Shown piece after piece: positions 63,144 to 64,000 of a stretch of DNA of 64,000 nt. Within the stretch, counting starts at the first letter, position 1. Each line of letters starts with the position of its first letter. The DNA comes from an uncultured delta proteobacterium (GTDB lineage Bacteria; Desulfobacterota; Binatia; UBA9968). The translations under genes and the position numbers were made by a program. Under the pieces are notes generated by a model. It saw nothing but the letters and a program-made list of their open reading frames with translations. It was not told the DNA's origin and made no database searches. The DNA lies in contig CAVTUQ010000001.1 of the NCBI GenBank assembly GCA_963737905.1, forward strand, positions 64,001 through 128,000. The letters are read 5' to 3'.

Positions 63144-64000
63144 TCAGTCTCCGATCCGGTTCGTGCGGTCATTAAAGAGGGCCTTCGCGGTCTTTTTTTT
63201 CGCTTCGTCGATATTTAAGTGATAGCGCGTGCTTTTGAGGGTGCCGGTGCGCCTCAGCACGCCCTTATCGACGAGATCCTGCAGGTCGCGCGTGGTCGTC
63301 GCTCGTGACGCACCGGTGATGGAAATGTAATTCTCCGCACTTAATCCACCTTTGAAGCCCTCCAACCCTTCGCGGAAGATCCGCGCGATGGTTTTCTCCT
63401 GACGCTCGTTGAGCTGACCTTTGTACCGGTCATAGAGTTTCGTTTTCTGGATCAAGAAGTCGATCATGCGCTGCGTTGTATTCTGCGCTTCCAGAATGGT
63501 GTCCGCAAAATAGACGAGCCATTCCGTGATTTCATTGTTGAAGCTGCTGCGCTGAAGCGCCTCGTAATAAGCCTTCCTGTTTCGCTGGATGGTCTGCGAG
63601 AGCGCAATGAGCGTCGACTGGCCGAGTGCCTGGGAGAGCGCTTTTTCCGAAAGGGCACGTGCGATCCGGCCATTACCGTCTTCAAACGGGTGAATGGTAA
63701 CGAAGTAAAGATGGACAATACCGGCACGCGTCAGGGCCGGTATTGTTCCAGGGCTGTTGAACCAGGTGATGAAGGCCTCCATTTCTTTTTGTACCGCGGC
63801 CGAAGGCGGCGCCTCAAAATGAACCTTCCGTTTGTTGATCGGGCCGGAGACAATTTGCATCGGATCCTCGTGCGTTCTGTAGGCGCCGATGGCTTTCAAA
63901 TCCTTCCTTGCAGATGTGAGCATGCGGTGCCACCGGAACAGGCTTTCATGGGTGAGAGGTTCGGCGAAGCCGCGGTAGAGATCCGTCATCATGTCGGCAA
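63144..64000 (-). CDS. Fic family protein (5' end outside the window)
   Basis: HPFEDGNGRIAR Fic motif; C-terminal wHTH SRATTTRDLQDL. Confidence 0.93.
   Translation of the reverse strand, partial: ADMMTDLYRGFAEPLTHESLFRWHRMLTSARKDLKAIGAYRTHEDPMQIVSGPINKRKVHFEAPPSAAVQKEMEAFITWFNSPGTIPALTRAGIVHLYFVTIHPFEDGNGRIARALSEKALSQALGQSTLIALSQTIQRNRKAYYEALQRSSFNNEITEWLVYFADTILEAQNTTQRMIDFLIQKTKLYDRYKGQLNERQEKTIARIFREGLEGFKGGLSAENYISITGASRATTTRDLQDLVDKGVLRRTGTLKSTRYHLNIDEAKKKTAKALFNDRTNRIGD

Overview
Accessory-rich bacterial DNA. The gene families (orphan COG2984-type substrate-binding proteins, poly-GAF histidine kinases, TctC/Bug proteins, amidohydrolase_2, MmgE/PrpD) suggest a Binatota/Deltaproteobacteria-like soil genome; this is inference. 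The window has three zones. (1) 1-31.1 kb: an alternating array T1-S1-T2-S2-T3'. T units carry a small-terminase-like ORF plus a small cargo. S units carry a substrate-binding protein, a convergent 9-10-GAF histidine kinase and variable cargo. Junctions are marked by tRNA-Phe 3'-half/anticodon-hairpin sites, paired TGGCAAAGT repeats and a nested tRNA-Lys 3' half, yet no integrase or intact tRNA lies in the window. (2) 31-49 kb: mostly ordinary catabolic and transport genes with MITE/REP-like repeats and a VapBC pair. (3) 49.7-64 kb: a defence-type region (DUF262/DUF1524, HEPN-like protein, IS-split nuclease-like gene, Fic) punctuated by GGGGTC/TGACCCC sites and C-terminal remnants of a HuH/Y1 transposase with a DnaA-like tail. 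Three complete IS elements with target duplications are resolved. Several single-base frameshifts in otherwise intact genes may be assembly errors. All calls are by eye; no searches were run.
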